This document shows, in pieces, positions 23,839-34,802 of a stretch of DNA of 64,000 nucleotides. The translations under genes and the position numbers were made by a program. This DNA comes from Macrostomum hystrix (Eukaryota; Animalia; Platyhelminthes), in the NCBI GenBank assembly GCA_950097015.1, contig CATNEN010000001.1:62001-126000 (forward strand), read 5' to 3'. The notes under the pieces are model-generated. The model was not told the origin of the DNA. It made no database searches and worked only from the letters and a program-made list of their open reading frames with translations. Position 1 is the first letter of the stretch, and each line of letters begins with the position of its first letter.

Positions 23839-26800
23839 ATGGACACCAATGCTAGCGTCCGTGGACCGGAAGATGCCGGATCAGAGGACCAGGAACTCGA
23901 GGATGCAGAATCGCCGGTCTCTACGTGGGAAGACAGTGGATCAATGAGTCAGAGAAGTGAGTCGGACTCAACTTTCTCTCTGCTGAGCGATGAAAACTTC
24001 GTAATGAACCAAGAGCCGGAGTTGCGAGTTTTCTTCTGGAACATCAAGTATGGAGGTGTTGAAAATAGTCTGCGCAATGACCTTCTTCGAGCCATAGACA
24101 GCAGCGACTCTGAGGAGCTGAGCAGAATATCAGACAGAATCAGAAAAGGACTTCAAGACGATGATGATGCAGAAGTAAAAGCGCTGCTGCTTCTGTCAGC
24201 CGCCGAGCCAGAGCTGGAACTGCAGCAGTTCTTGACTGAAAGACACGCCGACTCATGCCTGCAGGTGCGAAATTCATCAGCGAACAACATGCTGCACTTT
24301 GTGTGCGGATGCGACAACTCAGATTCAGCAACTGCAGCCTTGGAGCTGATCTATAACAAAGTGGGCAAACAGCTGGTCAAGGATGTCAACAACTCAAAGC
24401 AGCTGCCTGTACACATCGCAGCTGAAAACAGCAAGAATCCTGCAGTGTTTCTCTGGCTCATTTCCACCGTCGAGGACAAGAAACTGTTTTTCGTTCAAGA
24501 CGATGACGGCGAAAGTGCTGTTAGCATAGCGTTTCTATATCAGAACTTGGAAACTCTCAAACAAGTGACTGAGAAGCTTGGTCTGGCGGAGTGCCTGGCG
24601 GCAAAACCTGCCAAAAATCAAAATATTTGCCTTCGAGCCGCATTCAATACAGCCAATCCTGCAGTGTTTCTCTGGCTCATTTCCACCGTCGAGGACAAGA
24701 AACTGTTTTTCGTTCAAGACAATGACGGATACAGTGCTGTTAGCACCGCCTTTGATCAGCTGAACTTGGACACACTCAAACAAGTGACTGAGAAGCTTGG
24801 TCTGGCGGAGTGCCTGGCGGCAAAAACTGCCAAAAATGAAAATATTTGCCTTCGAGCCGCATTCAATACAGACAATCCTGCAGTGTTTCTCTGGCTCATT
24901 TCCACCGTCGAGGACAAGAAACTGTTTTTCGTTCAAGACGATGACGGCTACAGTGCTGTTAGTTCAGCATTTTTTAAACAGAACTTGGACACACTCAAAC
25001 AAGTGACTGAGAAGCTTGGTCTGGCGGAGTGCCTGGCGGCAAAAACTGCCAAAAATGAAAATATTTGCTTTCGAGCCGCATTCAATACAGCCAATCCTGC
25101 AGTGTTTCTCTGGCTCATTTCCACCATCGAGGACAAGAATCTGTTTTTCGTTCAAGACGATGACGGCTACAGTGCTGTTAGCATAGCATTTGAGAAGCAG
25201 AATTTGGACACTCTTAAACAAGTGACTGAGAAGCTTGGTCTGGCGGAGTGCCTGGCGGCAAAAACTGCCAAAAATCAAAATATTTGCTTTCGAGCCGCAT
25301 TCAATAGAGCCAATCCTGCAGTGTTTCTCTGGCTCATTTCCACCGTCGAGGACAAGAATCTGCTTTTCATTCAAGACGATTATGGCCAAACTGCTGTTAG
25401 CATAGCATTTGATCAGCTGAACTTGGACACACTCAAACAAGTGACTGAGAAGCTTGGTCTGGCGGAGTGCCTGGCGGCAAAAACTGCCAAAAGTCAAAAT
25501 ATTTGCCTTGTAGCCGCATTCAATACAGCCAATCCTGCAGTGTTTCTCTGGCTCATTTCCATCGTCGAGGACAAGAATCAGTTTTTCGTTCAAGACGACG
25601 ACGGCTACAGTGCTGTTAGCACAGCGTTTCTATATCAGAACTTGGACACACTCAAACAAGTGACTGAGAAGCTTGGTCTGGCGGAGTGCCTGGCAGCAAA
25701 AACTGCCAAAAGTCAAAATATTTGCCTTCTAGCCGCATTCAATACAGCCAATCCTGCAGTGTTTCTCTGGCTCATTTCCACCGTCGAGGACAAGAATCAG
25801 TTTTTCGTTCAAGACGACGACGGCTACAGTGCTGTTAGCACAGCGTTTCTATATCAGAACTTGGACACACTCAAACAAGTGACTGAGAAGCTTGGTCTGG
25901 CGGAGTGCCTGGCAGCAAAAACTGCCAAAAATCAAAATATTTGCCTTCTAGCCGCATTCAATACAGCCAATCCTGCAGTGTTTCTCTGGCTCATTTCCAT
26001 CGTCGAGGACAAGAATCTGTTTTTCGGTCACGATGATGACGGCTACAGTGCTGTTAGCACTGCATTTTTTAAGCAGAATTTGGACACACTCAAACAAGTG
26101 ACTGAGAAGCTTGGTCTGGCGGAGTGCCTGGCGGCAAAAACTGCCAAAAATCAAAATATTTGCAAAAGAGCCGCATTCAATACAGCCAATCCTGCAGTGT
26201 TTCTCTGGCTCATTTCCACCGTCGAGGACAAGAATCTGTTTTTCGTTCAAGACGATGACGGCGAAAGTGCTGTTAGCATAGCATTTTTTAAACAGAACTT
26301 GGACACGCTCAAACAAGTGACTGAGAAGCTTGGTCTGGCGGAGTGCCTGGCGGCAAAAACTGCCAAAAATCAAAATATTTGCTTCTTTGCCGCAATCAAT
26401 ACAGCCAATCCTGCAGTGTTTCTCTGGCTCATTTCCACCGTCGAGGACAAGAAACTGTTTTTCGTTCATGACGATTATGGCCAAACTGCTGTTAGCCACG
26501 CATTTGAGAAGCAGAATTTGGACACTCTCAAACAAGTGACTGAGAAGCTTGGTCTGGCGGAGTGCCTGGCGGCAAAAACTGCCAAAAATGAAAATATTTG
26601 CCTTCGAGCCGCATTAAATACAGCCAATCCTGCAGTGTTTCTCTGGCTCATTTCCACCGTCGAGGACAAGAAACTGTTTTTCGTTCATGACGATTATGGC
26701 CAAACTGCTGTTAGCCTCGCATTTGAGAAGCAGAATTTGGACACACTCAAACAAGTGACTGAGAAGCTTGGTCTGTCGAAGTGCCTGGCGGCAAAAACTG

Positions 26801-29800
26801 CCAAAAATGAAAATATTTGCCTTCGAGCCGCATTCAATACAGCCAATCCTGCAGTGTTTCTCTGGCTCATTTTTACCGTCGAGGACAAGAATCTGTTTTT
26901 CGTTCAAGACGATGACGGCTACAGTGCTGTTAGCACCGCCTTTGATCAGCTGAACTTGGACACACTCAAACAAGTGACTGCGAAGCTTGGTCTGGCAGAG
27001 TGCCTGGCGGCAAAAACTGCCAAAAATGAAAATATTTGTAAAAGAGCCGCATTCAATACAGCCAATCCTGCAGTGTTTCTCTGGCTCATTTTTACCGTCG
27101 AGGACAAGAATCAGTTTTTCGTTCAAGACGATGACGGCTACAGTGCTGTTAGCATAGCATTTTTTAATCAGAACTTGGACACACTCAAACAAGTGACTGA
27201 GAAGCTTGGTCTGGCGGAGTGCCTGGCGGCAAAAACTGCCAAAAATCAAAATATTTGCGTTCGAGCCGCATTCAATTCAGCCAATCCTGCAGTGTTTCTC
27301 TGGCTCATTTCCACCGTCGAGGACAAGAATCTGTTTTTCGTTCAAGACGATGACGGCGAAAGTGCTGTTAGCATCGCATTTAATCTTCAGAACTTGGACA
27401 CACTCAAACAAGTGACTGAGAAGCTTGGTCTGGCGGAGTGCCTGGCGGCAAAAACTGCCAAAAATGAAAATATTTGCCTTCGAGCCGCATTCAATACAGC
27501 CAATCCTGCAGTGTTTCTCTGGCTCATTTCCACCGTCGAGGACAACAATCTGTTTTTCGTTCAAGACAATGACGGCTACAGTGCTGTAACCACAGCATTT
27601 TTTTGTCTGAATTTGGACACACTCAAACAAGTGACTGAGAAGCTTGGTCTGGCGGAGTGCCTGGCGGCAAAAACTGCCAAAAATCAAAATATTTGCCTTC
27701 GAGCCGCAGCGAATTCAGCCAACCCTGCAGTGTTTCTCTGGCTCATTTCCATCGTCAAGGACAAGAATCAGTTTTTCGCAAAGGATAGTGACGGAGCGGC
27801 TTCTGTATCCTTTGCCTTTCATCGACAAGGCTTGGTCACAGTGAAGCTTTTGACAGACCGTTTTGGACTCAGCGAGTGTTTGAGCTGCATTGACAATCTA
27901 AATCGGGATTTGTTTTTTTATTCCAATCTGAACAGCGCGAACCCGGCAGTATTTCCCTGGCTTCTCGAGCAGGTCTCCCAGCAATGTCCAGACAAGAAGT
28001 CCAGAATTTGCGAGTTGGATTCCAACGGCAACACTCTCCTTCATGCACTGTTTAGGAAGGTTGATTTGTTCGGCGATGTTGATGCGCTTGCAGTGCTGAT
28101 CGGCCGCATAAACCTTCTTTTTGAAAATGAAGTTGATCCAAGAAAAGAAAACAAATTCAGACTCAACTGTCTGCTTGCCGCTGAATCCAGTGCTGACAAT
28201 CTCAATCGTCTTTTGCGAGCTCTTCAAAGATCAGCGCATTTGGATATCTTCAGAAATCTGCAAAGAAACTCGGAGGGCCTTCATGCAGCTCATGTCTTCT
28301 GCACTCGCTACGAGCTCCGAGTTATCGAGAACAATTTGAGCAAGCTGTGCGGTCTCAGTCCTGACGAGATCCTTGCAGTCCGAGTTTCTGACGGACCGCT
28401 GAAGGATGCAACTTGTCTGCACTTTGCCTGCGAATCCGGTCACAAGTTGAACATCGAATACCTTCTAAAGAAAGGAAGGAAGCTGGAAGATGAGACAGAC
28501 GCCGGGCAGACGAGTGTCGACTTTGCCTGCAACAAGGCGAAGCTCGAGGATGTTTTGGATGTTGCAGAGAAGTCAGTTGGTCTCGGAAAACTGCTCAAGC
28601 TGGTTGATCCAACGAACCGAGCTCTGAACCTTCCGGACGTTCAGAGCGCCCGAGGTCACCTGACTCGATTCAACGACTCATCGCTGAAGGCCAGCATTGA
28701 GGATGATAAATCCAGACGACAGACGAGAGGCAAGGAAGCCGGTGAGATGAAAAATGAGAGTCATGTCGGATACGGAGCTGACAGCATTTCAAAGTCCGAG
28801 GATTCGCCAGAAGTGAAAATGCTGTTCAGAGCATTCGAGCTCGACTCAAGTGAGATGCTCCGCAGCTTGATCAGTTTGGGCTTCGCCATCGATGAGATCG
28901 ATGACCAGTTCTCCAGGCATGTCTCAAAGCAGATTGGCAATGGGCGGGAAAGCAGTAAGTCTCCTACAATAGCCAAGCTTCAAAAGTACTTCTCCTCAGA
29001 AGAAAGAGATTCTGAAGCTCTCATGCTGATGGAGTACGCAGTGCTGCTCGAGAAGCCGAAGCTGCTCAATGACCTGATGCTGCTGCCACAGTTTGACATC
29101 ATCCCACAGACTTTGAGGCTGCTCGTTTATCTCAAGCCCAGAGTGAAGTCGAGCAATGTTGAGAATCTGAAAAAAGTGCAAGCTCTAGCCTTGAACATTG
29201 TCGTCAATGTTCTGGAGCACCTCTACGTGAATGCTGATGAAGAAGAGCGGAATCTTGTTTTCGCCTACCTGAGTGGCTCATTTATGGTGTCAGACGGGCA
29301 TTCTCAGGTTCGAGGTCCGAGGTTCCCGCCACCATTGGATTATCTTACCAGAAAAATTTCAAACGATAAAACTGATCTCGAAAAAGTGAGCAAAGATGCG
29401 AAGAAACCAAAAAAGCCATCAGAAAAGAAGTCTGCAGCTGCAGTGATGTCAGTGATGGAGCTGGTGCAGACCCTGGACTGTGACGATGTGTTTGCCACTG
29501 ACTGCATCAGCCAGTTGGTGGATCGGCAGTGGAACGAGGCTCCACCGCTGCCCTGGAGCAGTCCTGCACGCTGCTGCTCATGCAACATACCGCAAAAGGT
29601 GACAATTAAACAGCGGTTCTTCCTCCACTCTGCCTTTTTCCTGGTCTTTCTGCTCTACTTTGCCTGGTACGTGACGGATTTCAGTCGGACAAAGCAGTTT
29701 CCGATTCTAGACGTCGTCCTGTTGGCCTACGCGCTGTCCTTCACTCTGCAGGAAGTCAACGACTTGCTGAACAAGCTGTCTATGAAGGACATACGAATTT

Positions 29801-30579
29801 TCAGAAGCCACTTGAGATGTCCTCGCTACTTCACCGACTTCTTTAACTACTTTGACATGCTCGGCCTGCTGCTGATGTGGGCGGGGCTGGTCCTGAAGCT
29901 GCTTGGCCGGCTGAGCGACCCCAGCCTCATGCGCAGCTCTCAGGTCGTCCTCAGCGTCTCGTTCCTGTTCCTGGGATTCCGCTCCGTGGCCCTGCTCAGC
30001 TACTTCAAGGTCACTGGGCCGAACATCAATATGCTGAAGAGCTTGCTGTTCAAAGACCTGCTGCCATTCTTGATCATCATGCTGGTTCTGATCTTCTCAT
30101 TTGGCATTTTCTTCTTCAACCTGCTGTTCCCGGCCTTCTCAGACCTGACAGACGTCCTGGCTCTCGTGAAGATTTTCACAACGCCCGTGTCGCTGGCCTT
30201 AAGCATCTTTGAGTTTTCGCTGTTCGAGTCGTGCAACTCCAGCAGTCTCGCGACCGGACAGACCTGTGCGGACAGTGGAGGCAACCAGGTGTACAGCCTA
30301 TTCCTGATGTTCGTGTACGTCTTGCTGGTGAACATTGTGATGTTCAACCTGCTGATCGCACTGTTCAACCGCACCGTGACAGCGATGGCCAGCAGGGCGG
30401 AGGTTCTGTGGCGCAAGAATCTGTTCGAGCTGCTGGAGGAGTTCGCAGAGGTCAGTCCGGTTCCGCCGCCGCTGTCGTTCCCGCTCTACGCCTGGAAACT
30501 GCTGCGGAGGTGCCGCCCTTCGCACTGCCGACCCTGCGCTGGCAAAGTCGGTCCTTCTGACGGCTCTGAGAGAAGCAAG
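23839..30579 (+). CDS. Ankyrin-array TRP-superfamily (TRPM-like) cation channel, paralog B, giant coding exon (2247 codons)
   Basis: ATG preceded by an in-frame stop. Acidic N-terminus, degenerate ankyrins (NNMLHFVC, QLPVHIAA), 15 x 73-aa units plus cap, further ankyrins, and a 6-TM TRP domain nearly identical to paralog A. Donor AAG|GTAAGA at 30579/30580. Confidence 0.92.
24436..27939 (+). repeat. Coding tandem repeat, 219-bp double-ankyrin unit: 15 units plus a diverged capping unit (27721-27939)
   Basis: NPAV marker at 24436 + n*219 up to 27721 and 27940. Confidence 0.95.
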
Positions 30580-30984
30580 GTAAGAGGCCTGGTGGACTGA
30601 GGGACTGACTCTGTTACTCACAGATGATAAATGTTCTGAATATATAGGCACTAGATTCAGTCAGACAATGACCGAATCCAATTTTCAATTGCAAGAACTG
30701 ATTGTGTGTACATGAATGCAAATGGCTTTATAGCAAAGACATGCTCAGATTATAGTAAGCTGGGGCTTGTCTTGAAACTCTTGAGGACTGATTAACAGTA
30801 GAAGCAAGGTGAGAGGCCTGGTGAGCGCAGGTGAACTGAGGGGCTGACTATGTTTACTCATATAGGCACTAGATTGAGTCAGACGATGACCGAATCCAAT
30901 TTGAATGGAAATAACTGGTTGTGTGCACATGATTGCAAATAAGGTCATGTTTCAAGGCGCTCTTCCTCACGGCTTCCGTTCCAG
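30580..30984 (+). other. GT-AG intron of paralog B (405 bp)
   Basis: Same donor and acceptor as in paralog A. Confidence 0.8.
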
Positions 30985-31428
30985 CCGTGGTGGACGAACC
31001 GGAGCGACTTCAGCGGCTACCCCGAAGACTTCAAGCGCTTCCTGATCTTCCAGGCCGAGCAGCTCCGGCAGCAGCGGCCACGGCTGCAGCGGGCGGTCGA
31101 GCGGCACAAGGGGGACGTCGATGTGCTGAAGGCGCACGTGGAGAACCAGGTCAAGGACCTGCGGGAGGAACTGCGGGATAATATTCAGGATGTGCTCACC
31201 GCTCAGAGAGAGGACACTGAGAAAATCGAGACCGATGTGAAGGGCGTCAAAGAAAGTGTTGGAAAGCTGAACGAGGACGTCAACGAACTCAAAGAGCTGC
31301 AGCTCCGCCAACGAAGACGAGTAAAGCGAGTGAACGATGAGATGAAAGAAAACTTCGAGAACCTGCAGCAGCAAATGTCGCAGGTGATGAGCATTCTGGA
31401 GCAACTGCAGCAGCAGCGTCAGCAGTGA
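30985..31428 (+). CDS. Paralog B terminal coding exon (147 aa, extended coiled coil)
   Basis: ccag|CCG TGG TGG...; in frame with ORF 31123..31428; heptad-like VKDLREELRDNIQDVLTAQREDTEKIETDVKGVKESVGKLNEDVNELKEL. Confidence 0.85.
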   Translation, partial: PWWTNRSDFSGYPEDFKRFLIFQAEQLRQQRPRLQRAVERHKGDVDVLKAHVENQVKDLREELRDNIQDVLTAQREDTEKIETDVKGVKESVGKLNEDVNELKELQLRQRRRVKRVNDEMKENFENLQQQMSQVMSILEQLQQQRQQ

Positions 31429-32212
31429 CCAGGCGACTCCAGCACACGCAGTTTGTAAGCTCTGAACAGTTGTAGCCCAAATTGTAATACGAAATCGATG
31501 ACTGCCACTTTATTTCTGGTTAAAAAGAGCCAAACTCAGCATGAAAACAATTAGAGTCTTTCCGAACCATCCTTGACTACTTTCAGGCCTCTTAATCATT
31601 GCAGTTGCTTCTTCAGTTGCTGGGCCTCACAAAAACTGATATTTTGTTTGCCGACAGAAGATTTTCTAAATTTTAATTTTTTATTCGACGGAATTTCGCT
31701 ACTGCCGATAGATACATGTACAGTTACAAAAACAATTGATTGAACCGAATTGAATTTCAAATAGTAAAAGTTAGCAGAAGTTATTGAAAGATATTCGCTT
31801 TACTCACATTTTTCGCTCATTTTCCAATAAATTTGTTCGAAAATATTTCGAATCATTCAACTTGATTTCGAACTCATTTCAGAGTATGTACCTAGAATAT
31901 ATTATTTAAAAATTGCCATGTTTCTGCTCTTGTGCCATCATATTTCACTTTCTAGAATTCGGTTGTGTCTTGTGCTCACTAGCACAATGCACCATGTGCT
32001 CAAGCCCATTGCACCCTGAACTCGTGTCCGCTTTCGCTTGAGTACTTCCCTCGCTTTTATATCTTTCCTGGTGCTTTTGGAGATGACAAAGAAACCTTCC
32101 GAATGGATGAAATCTACAGCTTCTCAAGCTCTGCCAGACTGAACACTAATGAGAAGGGGATTTCTGCAGTGTGAAGCTTTTGTCGCTTTCATCGAGTAAC
32201 CAGCCAAAATTG

Positions 32213-32890
32213 CCCTGTGCAAAGCAGTCAAGAATCCCCTGTGTGAGCAGTCTAGAATCCCCTGTGTGAGCAGTCTAGAATCCTCTGTGTGAGCAGTCTA
32301 GAATCCCCTGTGTGAGCAGTCTAGAATCCTCTGTGTGAGCAGTCTAGAATGCCCTGTGTGAGCAGTCTAGAATCCCCTGTGCAAAGCAGTCTAGAATGCC
32401 CTGTGTGAGCAGTCTAGAATCCCCTGTGTGAGCAGTCTAGAATCCCCTGTGTGAGCAGTCTAGAATCCCCTGTGTGAGCAGTCTAGAATCCGCTGTGTGA
32501 GCAGTCTAGAATCCCCTGTGTGAGCAGTCTAGAATCCTCTGTGTGAGCAGTCTAGAATCCCCTGTGTGAGCAGTCTAGAATCCCCTGTGTGAGCAGTCTA
32601 GAATCCCCTGTGTGAGCAGTCTAGAATCCCCTGTGTGAGCAGTCTAGAATTCCCTGTGCAAAGCAGTCTAGAATCCCCTATGCAAAGCAGTCTAGAATCC
32701 CCTGTGCAAAGCAGTCTAGAATCCCCTGTGCAAAGCATTCTAGAATCCCACTGTGCAAAGCAGTCTAGAATCCCCTGTGTGAGCAGTCTAGAATCCCCTG
32801 TGCAAAGCAGTCTAGAATCCCCTGTGCAAAGCAGTCTAGAATCCCCTGTGTGAGCAGTCTAGAATCCCCTGTGCAAAGCAGTCTAGAATC
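32213..32890. repeat. Minisatellite 23/24-bp (counterpart of 7335-7917)
   Basis: GTGAGCAGTCTAGAATCCCCTGT dominates the left part and the 24-bp variant the right part. Confidence 0.95.
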
Positions 32891-33099
32891 TATAAATTCA
32901 GTTTTTAGAAATTTATTAAGTATTTTTCGCTTTTTAAATTTTCAAAGAGACAAACTCAAGCACTTTCCTTTAGATATAGACCTTTGACTTGGTTTTGTTA
33001 TTATTATTTTTTCGGTTGTTAATTTCTTAACTGCTCTTATTGTGCACACCCTTTTAAGAACTAACAAGCTTACATGCTTATCGTTTAATCTATCTTTAC

Positions 33100-33295
33100 T
33101 CACATGTTTATCTTGTGTTTACAGCCCTAGCTCACATGTTTATCTTGTGTTTACAGCCCTAGCTGACATGTTTATCTTGTGTTTACAGCCCTAGCTCACA
33201 TGTTTATCTTGTGTTTACAGCCCTAGCTCACATGTTTATCTTGTGTTTACAGACCTAGCTCATATGTTTATCTTGTGTTTACAGCCCTAGCTCAC
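33100..33295. repeat. 32-bp minisatellite (about 6 copies; counterpart of 8129-8932)
   Basis: Same unit and same flanks. Confidence 0.93.
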
Positions 33296-33686
33296 TCATT
33301 TCTAACACTAAATTGTTTTACAACAGTGTTCGCGTGTCTAATGGCATGAATGCTGCTTCACAATGGTCCAGTGTACAGTTTTGAGTTGTATTTGAGCAGT
33401 TTTAGTCATGAATTGATCAAAATATTCAAAATTATCTTGACTGAATCTGATCTGACACATGAGTGAAGCAACAGCTGTCATCCAATGGTCCCGAGTCCTG
33501 TTTCAAATCCCATGACTATTTTCTCCCCAGAATTGAATTATCCCAGACTAAAAGCTGATTGACAGGAGCAATCGATGTTTATCCCAGCCATTTGATCAAA
33601 ATCACAATAAATTATTTTGTTTTAAAAGTCTCAGACTCGAACTCTGAGATTTATTGACACCTTCTGATTAGAAACCTAATGTCTCT

Positions 33687-33910
33687 GACTTGCCTGATGA
33701 TTCACTCACTCAGTTGGCACAATGTCACAGGTGTGGCTCTTGGACTTGGCTGATGATTCACTCACTCAGTTGGCACAATGTCACAGGAGTGGCTCTTGGA
33801 CTTGGCTGATGATTCACTCACTCAGTTGGCACAATGTCACAGGTGTGGCTCTTGGACTTGGCTGATGATTCACTCACTCAGTTGGCACAATGTCACAATT
33901 GTGGCTCTTG
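33687..33910. repeat. 56-bp tandem repeat (4 copies; counterpart of 9322-9457)
   Basis: Direct inspection. Confidence 0.88.
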
Positions 33911-34179
33911 AGCCCGAGTCCTTGAAATTGCGTTGTTTCATAAGACTTTATGCAGCTGAGGTTAGTTATGTTGCCTCGGACTCTCAAGACAAACATAAAG
34001 TACGAGTGTCAAGAGAAGTCAACTCAGATTTTGTTTAGTAGGCTAATAGGCTAATGGAGAAGAGAGAGAGGGTGGGAGGGGCAGAGAGGACCAACCTCTC
34101 AGGGCTAGCAAACGTACAACTAGCGTGGATGTACATAAGCCTACGCGAAGCCTTCTCAACAAGTCAAGTAATTCGTAGA

Positions 34180-34802
34180 GTTGTGGAGTTTCTGGTTTGC
34201 TTCTGGTTAGGTTGTGGAGTTTCTGAGTAAGGTTGTGGAGCTTCTGAGTAAGGTTGTGGAGTTTCTGAGTAAGGCTGTGGAGTTTCTGAGTAAGGCTGTG
34301 GAGTTTATGAGTAAGGCTGTGGAGTTTCTGAGTAAGGTTGTGGAGCTTCTGAGTAAGGTTGTGGAGTTTCTGAGTAAGGTTGTGGAGTTTCTGAGTAAGG
34401 CTGTGGAGTTTCTGAGTAAGGTTGTGGAGTTTCTGAGTAAGGTTGTGGAGTTTCTGAGTAAGGTTGTGGAGTTTCTGAGTAAGGCTGTGGAGTTTCTGAG
34501 TAAGGTTGTGGAGTTTCTGAGTAAGGTTGTGGAGTTTCTGAGTAAGGTTGTGGAGTTTCTGAGTAAGGCTGTGGAGTTTCTGAGTAAGGCTGTGGAGTTT
34601 CTGAGTAAGGCTGTGGAGTTTATGAGTAAGGCTGTGAAGTTTCTGAGTAAGGCTGTGGAGTTTCTGGTAGGTCGTGGAGTTTCTGGTAGGTCGTGGAGTT
34701 TCTGGTAGGTCGTGGAGTTTCTGGTAGGTCGTGGAGTTTCTGGTAGGTCGTGGAGTTTCTGGTAGGTCGTGGAGTTTTCGGATAGGTTGTGGAGTTTCTG
34801 AG
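34180..34802. repeat. Minisatellite, 21-bp GGAGTTTCTGAGTAAGG(T/C)TGT grading into a shorter GGAGTTTCTGGTAGGTCGT variant; unit 2 only
   Basis: Direct inspection. Confidence 0.93.

Noticed and set aside
24436-27939. Diversity-generating retroelement or TALE-type mechanism for the variable repeats
   Set aside because: No reverse transcriptase or template repeat, variation is not adenine-specific, and the repeats fit the ankyrin consensus rather than the TALE consensus.
23839-31428. Assigning a gene symbol such as TRPA1 or nompC
   Set aside because: Ankyrin richness suggests them, but the TM and TRP-domain motifs look TRPM-like; orthology cannot be established without a phylogeny.
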